Origin: Octopus vulgaris
Lineage: Eukaryota
NCBI GenBank assembly: GCA_951406725.2
Contig: OX597817.1
Location: 69,130,001 to 69,194,000, forward strand
Reading direction: 5' to 3'
Length of the DNA stretch: 64,000 nucleotides
Translations under genes and position numbers: made by a program
Shown here: positions 28,640 through 43,102 of the stretch, piece by piece
How the letters are laid out: each line of letters opens with the position of its first letter
Position numbering within the stretch: position 1 is the stretch's first letter
Notes under the pieces: model-generated
Seen by the model: the letters and a program-made list of their open reading frames with translations, nothing else
Database searches by the model: none
Told to the model about the DNA's origin: nothing

Positions 28640-29045
28640 GCCTCCTGGGCATGGCCAGAATAATCAGGGAAATATTAGATAACTGAAAAGAACAAATAGC
28701 ATGGTACCATTGGCTGCAAGCAGTAAGCCCGCTATGCATGCAAGATTCGAAGAGTTCCAACAAAACCTGTGATAAAGAGAAAACAATAACAATAACAATG
28801 TAGAATATATCCCAGTAGCTATAGGTGTATTAGGAACTTTCCCTAAAGATCTGAACAGATGGATAGAGGTAACAGACATAAAATCCAGTTTAGTACAGCT
28901 CCAGAAAACAGTGTTATTAGGGACAGCTAGGATACTTAGGAAGATTCTTGGCATCTAAGGTTACTTGTTGTAGCCCAATGCTAGGAGTTTTTCTTTCCAA
29001 ACTGTCAAATCTGTTGTGCCTATGATAATTGTGCTAATAATAATT
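28640..29045 (+). pseudogene. R4/Dong-like (RLE) LINE 3' end
   Basis: Plus frame IPVAIGVLGTFPKDLNRWIEVTDIKSSLVQLQKTVLLGTARILRKILGI* is the typical C-terminus of RLE non-LTR elements; followed by an AAT tail. Confidence 0.75.
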
Positions 29046-29364
29046 GGTGTATTGGGAACTGTAAACAAAGATATAGACAAATGATTGAAGGAGACTAGAA
29101 TAGAATGTCCTATGGAGGTTCATGCAATTATGTTTTCTATCTCATTTTGCTAAATAACAATACAGGATCGATTACAGGTTTCTAGCAAGCCTATGTCCAA
29201 TTTACTGTATTTCCAATGCAAGAGTGACAAGGCATTGTTTTTCTAATTCATTAGGAACAAGTACAACACAAGGTATTCTTATTCAGCAGCATTCAGACCT
29301 GTTTAGATTTTTCTTTCCTCTCTCTCTCACACACACTTTCCCTCTACAAATGCACACACTCAAA

Positions 29365-29570
29365 TTTTAGCACAAGGCTAGCAAGTTCTGGGGAAGGTAG
29401 AGGTTGATTACATCAATCCCAGTGCTCAACTGGTACTTATTTCATTGACCCCGAAAGGATGAAAGACAAAGTTGAACCAAGTAGAATTTGAACTCAGAAT
29501 GTAAAGATAGATAAAATGCTGCTGAGCAGTTTGCCTGCCATACTAATGATTCTACCAGCTTGCTGCCTTG
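29365..29570 (-). mobile_element. SINE family B
   Basis: Reverse complement of the ggcaagctggtagaatcattag...ctgagttcaaattc...tttcatcctttcggggtc family. Other copies at about 1-105, 30290-30490, 44755-44965, 53200-53582, 60318-60535. Confidence 0.75.
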
Positions 29571-32307
29571 ACTAGAGGAAATTTTAACTTGTTTGAGGCT
29601 GATGAAGGCTGATAACAAGAAGAGCATCCAGTCATAGAAAATCTGCCTCATTTTATTTCATCTGACCCATACAAGCATGGAAAAGCATATATTAAAACAA
29701 TAATGATGAGATCATCATGATCAATATTACTTTAATTAAATATAATTAGTATCCTTATAATAAAGGATGTGATATTAATTTAACATCACTAATGACTTAA
29801 AAATCAGCTTTAATGAAAATCAATTTAGCAAAAACAGTGTAATTAATGATAAAGAATGTTTTCCCCAAAAACATTTTATGCTGGAGTCCTCAACTCCCTT
29901 CTCCCAGTTAAGAATTACAGTCCTACTTAATATCTACCTCTTGCACAAGGATAGCCTGTATGCTGCATGAGCAAGTCCCAGTGTCTTACTTTAGATATGG
30001 CCTCTACTTTTTTACTGAACCTTTTTACACATACACTCAAATATATAACTGTATTGGTTGTGTGGTTAAGAGGTTCACTTTCTGATTATATGGCTTCTGG
30101 TTCAGTCCCAATGAATGTAACCTTGGGTAAGAATAGCTTATGATTGTATTTATTTGATAGAAACTGGAAGAAGCCCATCCAACACACTCTGTAAACAATG
30201 ACAACAACAACAATAATAATAATATAGAAAATATTTGTACACTTACAGATGTAAGTAACCATTCTGCCAATAAATAATAATTCTTTCTACTATAGACACA
30301 GGGCCTGAAATTTGGGGGAGGGGATAAGTTTATTATACCCCACTGCCCAAACAGTGCATAACAGGTGCTTATTTATCAACTCTAAAAGGATGAAAGATAA
30401 AGTCAACTTTGCTGGAATTTGTATTCAGTATCTAAAGATGGATGAAATGCTGTGAAGTATTTTGCCCAGTGTGCTAATAATTCTGCCAACACCACCAACA
30501 ACAAAGATTCAAATTCCTGAATTAATGTTTTCCAAAAAGCTGATGGGCCACTACCTTGTGTCATACACGAACATATTTATCTCCAAGAAAGCACTGGAAC
30601 CAGACAATACCTTTGCAATTACAATATTGGTAAATTCTGAATAATTTTTTTCTTTCCCTTTGCACCTAAGCAAGTATTAAACTTGCAAAACTTATGCACA
30701 CACAAAAAATGATATTACTTAATAAAAGATATTTCTTGGAAATTCAGCATTTCTTTTTTGAATTTTTATTTATTTCCATGGAAACAAAAAATATAAAATA
30801 AATTTTTGGATAATCTGGAGACTGGGGAATGGCTGGTGTAAAAAAGAAAAAGAAATATAAACAAAAACCAAATAAAATAAATATATAAATACAGTTTATT
30901 CACTTTTGCTTACATTTTGTCACACTATAAAGTAAAAGGATTAGAAATAACATCTAGATTGTACTGATAGGAAAAAAAAATAAAAATGAAGTTTATTCTG
31001 GCATTTTTTTTTTCACAGATTTCCATTTTTGGAGGTAAAATAGTCACCATAAATTCAAATATAACAGACCAAAATCTTATAGATAAAATGATAAAAAACA
31101 AAATCAAAAAACTAAAAATCAGCATTGGACTATGTGTAAATCGGATTATTATCTGTGGATATGAATGTTTAAACAGAAGAGAAAGAGCGAGAGAGGAGAA
31201 GACAGAGAAATGATATAAGTCTGTAAATCTAAACTTAACTACACAGATGTTTGTTCCTGTGAGGTGTATATTTATATAACTTTCGAAGGATAGGATTTTT
31301 TGAAATAATTATGTTAGACTATAACTGCAAGGTAATGGTAGAATTATTATGACTACAGAAGAAAGAATTTTGGTTAAAATGATTACCATTTGAACATCAA
31401 GAATTTCTGCCAAACCATAATGTAATATTCATGTTGATGTCTGCGAATGTTGCGTTTTTTTTCTTTTTATTTGATGGCAGAAGAATGTCACACAATAACT
31501 ACCATATAGTCAACAACCTGTCAAGTTGATATATGCTGTTGTTGTTGTAGTTGTTTAGCACTAGCTTGCCTCTGATCGAAAGTATTCTAGCTATATCCAC
31601 TACAAATTTGTCCAGGAACAGTGCATCTTGGACATCACTATCCAATGTATCCATTAAAAAAAAAAAAAACAGTAAGACAATTTGGGACAGATTTGGCTGT
31701 TGTATCTTTATATAGCAATGAAGTAAAACTTAGCTAAGACTAAGAACTTTACTAAATTTTATTGTATCTTGGGAGGGCCATTATTGCAATAATAAACACA
31801 TACACTGAGTCTATTTTACTTCTTTTATTTTTATTCATCAGCTAGTTAACCACCTAACCAATTAACCAATATACAGTTCGATTAATTGTTTGGTCAGTCA
31901 AGCTGCTAGATTTGTCAAAGATCTGAAGCAGAGTGGGAGTAGAGAAGGCATTTCATTTATTAGGTCATGAATAGTGATGAAAGGACTTTTACAAACACAA
32001 CAGCTTGATTGATTGATCAAACAATTAATGAAGAAATTGATTAATTTATAATGTAAATGGTTGCCTAGTTGATTAATAATGATAAAAGAAGTGAAATAGG
32101 ACCAGTGCATATGTTTATTATTGGCTTTATGACCCTCCCAATATACAACAAAATTGGTTTCATCAAAGGAATTCACATCAAGAATCTTACAAACCAAGTA
32201 CAAAAACAAAATAAGAAAATTACCATATATATATGAGTGTGTGTGTGTGTGCGTGTGTATGTATTTATATGTGTGTGTGTGTGTATATATATATAAGTAT
32301 ATGTATA

Positions 32308-33535
32308 TCTCGCCCAGTCTCACTCACCCCCCTTATCATTAAAGTGTTTGAAAGGATGGTGAGATCAAGAATAGCTGGCTTCCTGGAGAGCCATAATCTC
32401 CTAAATTCAAACCAGCATGGCTTTTGCTACAGCAGGGACTGTCTAACACAGCTCTTAAACCACAATGATGATATCCTTAAAGCCTTGAGATCAGGTTCAA
32501 ACTCTGATGTCATATATCATAACTTCAGTAAAGCATTCAACAGAGTCGGCCACAATATCCTACTGTCAAAATTGTCAAATGTTGGAATCCGTGAAAAACT
32601 ACTACATGGGATTTGAGTATTTCGTGAGGAACAGTGCACAACATGTGATCGATGAAATTCACTGAACCTCATCAAAAGTTGCCTCAGGGGGCTGTCTTGA
32701 TCCCACTTCTCTTTATAGTCTATATAAACGGCTTTTCCAGTGTCATAAAACACAGCGAAGTGAAAATATTCATTGATGACTTCAAGTTCCAGAAAATTAT
32801 CAATAGAGAAGATCAAACAGAACTCAAGTCTGATCGACATGCTGTGAGTCAATGGGCGGACAAAAACAAATTGCAACTAAACAAGGGAAAATTTGAGCTG
32901 GTGCATTTTGGAAGAAAGACTATGCTAAAACAGCCATGCTCTTTTCTTTCAGGGGAACCACTCACAGCATCTAATAATATGAGAGACCTAGGAGTAATTG
33001 TTGACAACAATCTCAGCTGGAGTGCCCACATCAATAATAAGATTGATATAGCTCATAGGATGAGCTCCTTTATCCTAAGAAGCTTCTGGTCCAGAGAACA
33101 AGGTGTCATCATTCTTCTTTTCACTTCCTTTATACACCACGAATACTGCTGCCCAATGTGGTCTCCCCATACAAAACAAAACATTTGCAAAATTGAATCA
33201 CCCCAGAGAACATTCACTTAAAGAATTAAGGGCATGACTGATTTCAATTATTGGGACTACATTGAATCATTGAAATTCTATTCTCTTCAGCACCACCATG
33301 CACAATACATCATTTCCACGATGTGGAGAATATGCCACCAGCATTGTCCAAAAGACCTCAACATTAGCTTCAAAATTTGTCCAAGGTTAGGACCATGGAC
33401 CATATGTCCCTACTCTGTTCAAGGTCACAATGCATAAATACACTGCAACACAATTTCTTTTCCTCAACAGGCCCTGCCTTATCTAACATTGTCCGAAACA
33501 GATCAAAGAGGAAAAAGATCCCATCTTTGGTCAAA
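32308..33535 (+). pseudogene. CR1-group LINE reverse transcriptase fragment
   Basis: RPVSLTPLIIKVFER...NQHGF...FSKAFNRVGH, then LPQGAVLIPLLFIVYIN...FIDD...RDLGVIVDNNLSWSAHI...EYCCPMWSPH...IESPQR. Frameshifts and stops. Confidence 0.9.
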
Positions 33536-33698
33536 ACATATCTAAGTTATCAAAGTTATTTATATATATAAATATAAATACGGATGTATATATATAAATA
33601 TATACATAAATATATATCTATATCTATCAATATATATATATACACACACATATACATTTATATATATATATATATACATATATACATATATATATGTA

Positions 33699-33736
<38 letters not shown>

Positions 33737-33778
33737 GGTCTCAGTCGGGCTAGTAAATAAGGTACTCCTTCTATAAAA

Positions 33779-33815
<37 letters not shown>

Positions 33816-34025
33816 TTATATATATATATATATATATATATTATATGCATTTATATACATATATATGTGTGTGTATATATATATATATATATATACATAT
33901 ACACACACACATATATCACCTTAGTTTTAGTCCATGGACATGCTGGGGCACCACTTACACAGATAAGTATATGCATACTTGTATACATATATATATATCC
34001 ACATATATATGCACATACATATATA

Positions 34026-34076
<51 letters not shown>

Positions 34077-34120
34077 CACACACACATATATGTGTATCTA
34101 TGTATATATGTGTGTGTGTG

Positions 34121-34509
34121 TTTACTCTCTTTAACTTGTTTCAGTCATTTGACCGAGGCCATGCTGGAGCACCACCTTTAGTCGAAGAAATCAAACCCAG
34201 GACTTATTCTTTATAAGCCTAGTACTTATTCTACCAGCATCGGTTGTCAAGCAATGCTGGGAGACAAACACAGACACACAAGCATACACACACACACACA
34301 GACACACAAACACACACACGCATATATATATATATATATATATACATATATACAACAGGCTTCTTTCAGTTTCCGTCAACCAAATCTACTCACAAGGCTT
34401 TGGTCAACCCGGGGCTATAGTAGAAGACACTTGCCCAAGGTGCCACACAGTGGGAATAAACCTGGAACCATACGGTTGGTAAGCAAGCTACTTACCACAC
34501 AGCCACTCA
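34121..34509 (-). mobile_element. SINE family A
   Basis: Same head, body and tail as 18191-18587, with an internal deletion. Confidence 0.85.
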
Positions 34510-34590
34510 TGTGCCTGTGTGTGTGTATATATAGAGAGAAATAATTGAGATTCCGTTGAATTAGATACTTAAGTTGAAGCACCAAGTTAG

Positions 34591-34674
34591 TGCAGTATTA
34601 TCTGTACAACTCAAAGTAAGGTGAATAAAATCAAAATAAGCAACAGAGTTGATGCAGGGCTATCTTCAGCTGCA
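34591..34674 (-). ncRNA. Degenerate hammerhead remnant downstream of a Penelope endonuclease
   Basis: Minus strand: tgcag CTGAAGA tagccctgcatcaactc...gagttgtacag ataata ctgca. Stem I (tgcag/ctgca) and a long stem II survive; the GAAA block is missing. Confidence 0.4.
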
Positions 34675-35746
34675 TAAATAAATAGAATTTTTTAATCAGT
34701 TGGACACATTAATATAATTTTACTCAAATTCTCTAACAGAGCAAGGAGAGGGAGAAAGTCTATGTTGCTACTAATGTGACTTAGAATATACTACACTTCT
34801 AAGAACTGTATGAAGTTTGTTAGGGTCATAGCTTGTAAATGATTGTGGTTCACTTTTAATTTATTAGTCTTTTTTTATCAACTACCACATCTAAGGCTAG
34901 AGGACAGTGTCTTTTTAGAATGGATAAATGGAGTGAGTTGACAGTTTATAGTTGGGTATGGTCATAAATATTGTCAGGATTTAGGAAATGTATAAGTAGC
35001 TGTCTATAAAGAAGGTTGGGTAGAGGAAGACCCTAAATCAAGATGTCAATTACCAGTTAAAGGGGCACGACACTAATAAAACCTATGATGTTAATACAGA
35101 GGAAATTACCATGGGGTACAATGGATGATTGTATATAAACAATATTGTTATGTTGTATGAAGATAAAATTTAAGATTACTAAAACTATTATTACCAGAAT
35201 AGATAAACTGTATATATACCAATTTTTAACATTAGAAAGGGAAGATTACATAGAATTAGTTTAATATTCATACCAGTACTTAATTATTTACTTATAAGGT
35301 GGTTTCTATAAAGGTTGCTCTGGATATTTACTTATGGAATACTGGAGCGATAAATCATGCTATCTTTATATTAGTTATAAGATAAGAATCAGAAAAAATT
35401 GGAAAAATAAGTTGTGCACAGATACATACATATATTTAACTATGTGCACACATGCAATTATGCATAAATATTTGTACTTTATTATGGATATGTTATAATC
35501 AACTCTTCTAGACTTAAGTAACTAGAAAATTTATATTTCTCTTTAAGAACATTAATAACTTATAAGAGATAAGAGGTTAATAGGTAAAGATATCAAAATA
35601 AGAAAACACAATAATAAGAAATTATAGAGAATAGTAAAGAAAATATATATAACTTATTATATATAATACTAGCAAGTAAGTTCACATCATATATGACACT
35701 AAATTTAATTTCGCCTGTCCAGGTTCAAGTACAGCACCTATAAACA

Positions 35747-36170
35747 CTAATTTTGAAAATATTTAAATGTATGGGTAACACTATGTAAGCATGATACCCT
35801 TAAGTCTAATCTATTATTAACCAGATTGCTTTTGTCCCTATAATTAAAAATTTCATAAGTTTCGATTGAACACAGCTCGCACGCATACTGACTATCTCTA
35901 TAAGGCTGTGTTTCCTTATAATATCCCATTTAAGGCTAAATTGGATTCCGCTTTACTTCAGTTCCCAAATCTTGCTAGGTAAGGATGTACAATTGGCACT
36001 ATGTTTGAGCCTAGAAGATGAAAAATAGTCATTAATGTATTTTTCATATTTACTGAACATCTTATATATACAAAATTACCAGCTACAGTTGTGATAGTAC
36101 ACTTATAGATTACGTTTTGGGTTAGACATCAGCTTAATAATGGACAGTGGGATTTAACTCTACAATTGCA
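35747..36170 (-). pseudogene. Penelope-like element GIY-YIG endonuclease, decayed
   Basis: Minus frames: CNCRVKSHCPLLS*CLTQNVIYKCTITTVAGNFVYIR / TSLPSKIWELK*SGIQFSLKWDI / QPYRDSQYACELCSIE...NLVNNRLDLRVSCLH. This is the Cys-rich linker, GIY-YIG motif and CxxC...CxH tail of Penelope-like elements. Confidence 0.85.
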
Positions 36171-36212
36171 ACTAGGAGAATTACCAATATTAATATTATT
36201 GATATTCATACC

Positions 36213-36498
36213 ATTATTATTCAGTAGTTTTATTTTTATTTTTATAGCGTGCTTTCACTTCACTACCGAGCGCAGCTCTGTGTGCCTTGGGTATGTGCTG
36301 TGATTTGTTGTGATGCTCTGATGGTTATTGTATGGAAAGTGTTCTGCGTAGGATGTGTGCAGTGCCTAGTAGTGCAATTTTCTGTATGTTATATGTGTTT
36401 GTAAGTCCTGGTGTTTTTGTTATGTATTTGTCTGATTATTTTTTTATCATGCCTAATGCACCTACTATGGTAGGAATTGTTTCTGTTTTCAGATTCCA

Positions 36499-36500
<2 letters not shown>
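36213..36500 (-). pseudogene. R4/Dong-like LINE 3' end inserted in (AAT)n
   Basis: Minus: MWNLKTETIPTIVGALGMIKK*SDKYITKTPGLTNTYNIQKIALLGTAHILRRTLSIQ*, with ATT repeats on both sides. Confidence 0.8.
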
Positions 36501-36552
<52 letters not shown>

Positions 36553-36568
36553 ATATATATATATATAT

Positions 36569-37426
36569 ACTAACTGACATACCCAGTAATTCCTGGAAAG
36601 CAGGGCTTATTCCTTGGTTCCATTCTCATAATTGTTTTGCTAATCCAATAACAACAAAACAAAGTATGTAGTTCTAAAAACGGTTTTTCTGCATTTACAG
36701 AGAATACCAAACTCTCTTACACAGGATCTTGTTTTAAGGAATTCTCAATAAGTTATGAATACCCAAACTGTGAAGTCAGTTATGTAATAATGTGAAATTA
36801 GTTACCCAATAGTAAGAATTCAAATAAAGTAGCCATGAAAAGGGCTTTAATGTGTTCCCAGAGTATATAGACCATAGGAGAAAATACTAATAAGGTATAT
36901 ATACTAAAATCGTGAAGCATGTTGAATAATAAAAGGCTAATCAGATATGAAATAATAACAGTTCAAAGTAAATAACTCTGAAAAGGGCTTTTGTGCATCC
37001 CCAGAGAATATTACCCTCAGGGGCACTAGTGTTGGTATATTCGTGAATAAGTGATAAACTAAAATAAGTGAATCTATTGTTTAGGAAAATACTATTTACT
37101 TGCTTAATGGTTGTACTAGATAAATTGCGAAAATAACTCTAACAGTTCAAATACTAAGAAGAAAGCATACTCAATTTCATTTTTACCAAATAATTTAGGA
37201 AAATGAGTGGGTTATTTCCCTAGTCTATATATAATAATCCCTTCCAGGGGCTATAAGGCTCCCTTCCAGGGGCTCCATTATCGATTTTTTTCAACAATCT
37301 GAGTATGCCATGAGTTTTCCAGACATGAGTTCTACTCACGTGTCAAGTTTCATCAAAATCGATAAAACGATGTAGGAGGAGTTAGCTCCACAAACATCCC
37401 CACAGACAGAATTTCCCACATATGTA

Positions 37427-37428
<2 letters not shown>
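36569..37428 (+). mobile_element. Helentron/DINE-1-like non-autonomous element
   Basis: 5' actaactgacatacccag...cctgg start and 3' aagtttcatcaaaatcg...cacagacagaatttcccacatatgtagtata end. Its 5' ~640 bp is repeated at 56460-57075. Confidence 0.6.
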
Positions 37429-37461
<33 letters not shown>

Positions 37462-37464
<3 letters not shown>

Positions 37465-37850
37465 CAGTATCGCCCAGCGTTGCTCGGGTTTGTAAGGGAA
37501 ATAACTATAAAGCATTTTTAGAGAGTTATAGCCAAAAAATAGCAAAAAAATGGGGAAAAAATGATGGTAAATTTTTTTTTTTTTAGTTAAAAAGGTCGAG
37601 TTGCGTCCCCTAGACAGTCTGTGGTTTGTGTTTCTGATTCTCGACCCCATGTCGAAATTATCAATTTTTTTTCAGAACTGGGGGAACTTTTCAAAATTTT
37701 CGCTGCGTTAGTTTTGAATTATGACATTGGGCTATGTGTGTGTCAAGTTTCATCAGAATCGGTTGAAAGCCGTGGTCAGGGTGAGGGTACAACCTGACAG
37801 ACACACAGACACACAGACAGACAGACAAACTGCCGTTTATATATAGAGAG
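37462..37850 (+). mobile_element. Helentron/DINE-1-like non-autonomous element, second family
   Basis: tagcagtatcgcccagcgttgctcggg 5' hairpin, aagtttcatcagaatcgg, (GACA)n tract and tttatatatagaga end. Confidence 0.7.
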
Positions 37851-37885
<35 letters not shown>

Positions 37886-38235
37886 TGTATGTATATGTGT
37901 GTGTGTGTATATATATATAGCATTTTATTTCATAAAAGCTATATAGTACCATACTACAACAGCTATTCAAATAAACTAACAAACCATTTCTAATGTGAGA
38001 CTTGGGGGATTTTTCTTCCCAAATTACAAATATGAAACTGCTGATTTGTCTACAGAAAGGAAGTTCTTCACTCAAATGGATAATGGATAATGGTAAAGTA
38101 AAATGAAAGATATCTCTGATAACAACCACCCTTCCATGTGCACCTGTTCTTCTTTAGTTAATTTAATTAAACTTTCAATTTTCACAGTAGAAACAGAAGC
38201 AAAAAATTAAGAGCAAAAACGAGAAGTTGGCAACA

Positions 38236-38302
<67 letters not shown>

Positions 38303-40267
38303 TGACTTGAAAGAATGTTCTCTATCTCTTCTGAAATGTAATTGAGAGATGGTGACTGCGATATCTTGGGACTTATTTTTTTGTTTCCCTATTATGAGTA
38401 AGTAATTTGGACATTGATAGAAAATAACAGTCTCTGCAAATGTATGCACGACTGGTGGTGGTGGGGATTTATGTACAGTGTGTGTATGTGTGTGTATGCA
38501 TGTGTATGTATGCATGTGTACATATGCATACACATGCTATCTTTCATCCTCATGCTAGCATGAGAAAATGGATGTAAAAGTGAAAAAGTGAACAATATAT
38601 GAATGAATGTAATCTCACTCCTCTATCTCTCTGCATTTATATGTATGTATGTGTGTGAATGTATGTATATATATATACTATGTGTGTATGTATGTATTAG
38701 AAAATGAACACTAAAAGAAGACATGAGTGGGACAAGTTTTAAGCAAATGTATTAGTTTAACATGTGTGTATGCATGTATATAAACATATATGCATAAATA
38801 CACACACACACATATACATACAAAAGTAGATTGATGTATAAACAAAGAAAATAATACTCAATGTGTCATGTAGAGCATTTAATAATTTTCACAGCCATTA
38901 CTTAGAGATTCACAGAGAAAGGTGCCTAATACTCCAGATGTCTTGCATCTCGCCACACACATATACATACATATATACACACACAAACACAGTACAAACA
39001 TATATGCATATGCATGTATGTATATGTGTATGTGTACAGTGGTGTGAGTGTATATTTGTACACACACACACACACAAACACCCATGTCCTGAGGGTACCA
39101 CACTGAAATACATGAATGGCACTTACAACAATATTTAATTTTATACCAAACCAGTCACAGCCTGAATGCTTAAAGAACATCCAAGACCAAAAAGGGTGGA
39201 AAAGATGGTAAAAATAATTCTGATATTCTATCAGTAGAAAAGTAGTGGTAATGACTTAAATGGTTTATACCAGCAGCAACCATGGATATTTGATTGATAT
39301 TTTGAAAACTTTAAGAGTGTTGGCAGTTTATATAGAGCTATGAAATAAATCATTTCTTTTGAAATTGTGTTTTTTCTTAAGCTTATAAATATTACCTCTT
39401 GATACTAAAATTGCCTCTGTTACTATATATATTTTTCTCAAGTGTTTGAGTCTTGCTTTGAAGTAAAGTTCATGTTAGCAAGACTTGAGCCTTGAGAGTT
39501 GTTATATATCAGTTATATTTTTGCATCAAACAGTAAAAAAAATCCTTAAAATAGGACAAACTTTACAACGTAATCTATATCCAAAATTTTTCTACAATGG
39601 TATGACTATAGTTATAATATTTTAAAAATTCTTAATATGTTCTAATACATCCTGTCCAAACTCCAATTGTCTGTTTTGGTGTAGAAACTGCCAAAACAGA
39701 CAATTGAAGTTTGGACAGCTCTTTAGCTGTCCAGTTCCTGTCAAATTGTCCAACCCATGCCAGCATGGAAAACAGACATTAAACATTGACGGTCGTGATC
39801 ATGATAATAATGATGATGATGACATCCTATATTTTCAAAAAAGTGCTTATGCTAGTATTTGAACACTCTTTTTCAGTGATTGAAGTACAATAGGTTACTA
39901 CACTGAGCTGTGGATTTGAATAGCTACAGTTGGATGCTCTTTATATCACCAACCCCTCATCTGTTTCCAAGAATAGTAATATTTCTCTATGGAACATGGG
40001 AAAGAAATGAAACAAAATTGTTTGTATGACAGTGCAGCTCATTTGCAATCATCACAAGACAAGGTGCACACACACAATGACATATACAAATATGAAAGGC
40101 TTCTTTCAGTTTCTATCTACCATATCAACTGGTCAACACAGGCAAAAGACATTTGCTCAAGGTGCCATGCAGTGAAACTGAACCGAAGACCAGACAGCTG
40201 AAAAACCAAAACTTCTTTACACACACACACATACACACACAAACATCATAAATAATTTAGAATATTT

Positions 40268-40581
40268 ATTTATCCGTCAGTTATCTGATGAATAAAATAC
40301 ACAATATAAATGCTGTGTTTATATTAGATTATATCTTCAATTTTATTCCATGGTTTATCATCAGTCAACTGTCTGACAAATAAATGTATCCATAACAGAT
40401 TTTGTCTATGATTTCATTCCATAGTTTATCAGTTAATTGTCTTACAAATAATATAAATGTTGTGTATAATAGGCTATGTCTTCTACTTCATTCCATAGTT
40501 TATCAGTCAATGTCTTATTATATCAATGTGATATCAATGTTGTCTGTTTGATAGATTATGCTTTTGACTTTGTTCTGTAGT
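40268..40581. repeat. Diverged 70-80 bp tandem repeat, about 4 units
   Basis: Recurring ttccatRgtttatc..agtYaa.tgtct..caaata...aatg.tgt. Confidence 0.65.
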
Positions 40582-41129
40582 CAAAATGAGTGTTCATTTA
40601 TTGCATTAAATACATGAACTATAGGCCGTAGAAGAATAATATTTACAGATCAACCAAAGGTCAGTTTGAAGCAAGCAAAACTATGATAAAAGGCTTTCCT
40701 GCCATGACCATCTCATCTTTTTGCATAACAACAATTATGTGGCTCAATGCACTCATTTTTTCCTTTAATACTTAGAAGGTATTTAGCTGCTCTTTCTAGA
40801 AAGTTAAATGACTATGAAGAGCAGTCACAGACAAATTGCAGCTCACAAGACTTTCTGAATGACATTATTATTTTCAGTAGAGCAGCCCTCCTAAAGAAGA
40901 ACCATGTCTGAAGCAGCCTGCTTCTCCTAAAAGGTTGCCCATGCCTGAAGTAGAGGCTTCCTCATTAGCTCATGTCTTGAGGAGATCTATTCAGAAGTGC
41001 AAATATTCTTGTACCAGTATATACTTAGGTATAATGGAGATGAAAAGACAGACATTATGATGATGATGATTAAGAGGATGAAGTTTGTGGGACTACTATG
41101 TCACCACAGAATATCTCTCTCTCTCTCTA

Positions 41130-42957
41130 CCATCATCATCATCCTTGTTTAACATCTGCTTTCCATGATGGCATGGGTTGCATGGTTTGATTAAGAGTGT
41201 AGTGGGTGCCACCGCCACGAGGGACAGTCAGGCAGTTCTGGCAACGACCACACTCAAAAGGTGTTTTTTATGTGCTACCTGCATGGGAGCCAGTCTGGTG
41301 GCACTGGCAATGACCATGCTCGAAAGTTGTTTTTTCATATGCCACTGGCGCATGTGCCAGTCAGGCGATGCTAGCAATGTTCATGCTCGAATGATGCTTT
41401 TTATGCACCACTGGCACAGGAGCCAATCAGCAGCCCTGGCAATGATGACACTGTTAAGTCCCACTGGCATGAGTGTCAATCAGGCGGTACAGTGATTGGC
41501 CACATCAGTGATTTTGATTTTGATTTCACTTGCCTCAACAGGTCTTCGCAACCAAAATTTATTGTCCAATGAATGAGGGGTACTCATAAGTGGGCTGATT
41601 ACACCCACTGGCATAGGCCACGGGTTATGGTCTCACTTGGCTTGTCAGGTCTTCTCAAGCACAGCATATCTCCAAAGGTCTTGGTCACTAGTCATTGCCT
41701 CAGTAAGGCCCAATGTTCAAAGGTCGTGCTTCACCACCTCATTCCAGGTCTTCCTGGGTCTACCTCTTCTACAGGTTCTCTCAACTGCTAGGGTGTGACA
41801 TTTTTCACACAGCTGTCCTCATTCATTTGCAACACATGACCATACCAGCTGAGTCGTCTCTCTTGCACACCACATCTGATGCTTTTTAAATCTAACTTTT
41901 CTCTTAGGGCGCTTACACTCATGCATGTCCTCAGCACTCATGGCCCATGTTTCACTGCCATGTAGCATGGCTGTTCATACAGTCTGCATTTTACTCTGAG
42001 TGCAGGTCCTTTTTTGCCAGCAGAGGTAGGAGCTCTCTGAACTTAGCCCACGCTATTCTTATTCTAGCAGCTACACTTTCAGAGCATCCACCCCCACTAC
42101 TGACTTGGTCCCCTAGGTAATAGAAGCTATCATCTACTTGTAGTTTTTCTCCCTGGAATGTGACAAGTTGTTCTCTGCATATTTTCAGTGTTTATAGCAC
42201 CTGAGCATTTGCCACGTACAAAAACTATCTTCCCAGTTAGCCTTCCTTTGATATTGCTGCACCTCTTATGTGTCCATAGCTTACACTGGGTGCATCTTAT
42301 GGAGTTTCTACCTACGCCTTTTCCACAGATCGTGCAGGGCCAGCTACTGGAAGGGATTTGTGGTTTGTTTGCATTCCTACTTTTTAAGACTGGTTTTGGT
42401 AGGTTGACTCTAAGGCCCTTCGATTTTAATCCTTGCTTTCACACCTGAAACTTTCCCTCTAGTTCTGATAGTGACTCTAGTTCTGATAGGTCATCAGCAT
42501 AGAGGAGCTCCCAGATGCATCCTGTCTTGAATTCCTCTGTTATTGCCTGGAGGACTATGATGAATAAGAGGGGGCTGAGGACTGGTCCTTGGTGGCCCCC
42601 TACCTCTACCGAAAATTCTTGACTGTACTCATTGCCAACCCTCACATTACTGACAGCATCCCTGTACATGGCTCGCACAGCTCTCACTAACCATTCATCT
42701 ATCCCTAGTTTCCTCATTGACCACCAGATAAGGGATCGAGGGACCCTGTCAAAGGCTTTCTCCATGTCAACAAAAGCCAGGTACAGAGGTTTATCTTTGG
42801 CTAGGTATTTCTCCTAGGTATTTCTACAGCTGTCTTACCAGAAATATAGCATCAGTGGTGCTTTTCTCTGGCATGAACTCAAACTGTATCTCATCTAGAC
42901 TGACTCTCTCCCTAATTAGTTGGGCTATGATCCTCTCTGTATCCTTTGTTACCTGAT
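41130..42957 (-). pseudogene. RTE-clade LINE, 5'-truncated (RT domain to 3' UTR and GAT tail)
   Basis: MEKAFDRVPRSLIWWSMRKLG...HQGPVLSPLLFIIVL...LLYADDL, with downstream RTE C-terminal sequence and a (CAT)n tail on plus at about 41130. Confidence 0.92.
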
Positions 42958-42979
42958 TACGTCTCTAAATCTTTAAATC

Positions 42980-43096
<117 letters not shown>

Positions 43097-43102
43097 TATA
43101 TA

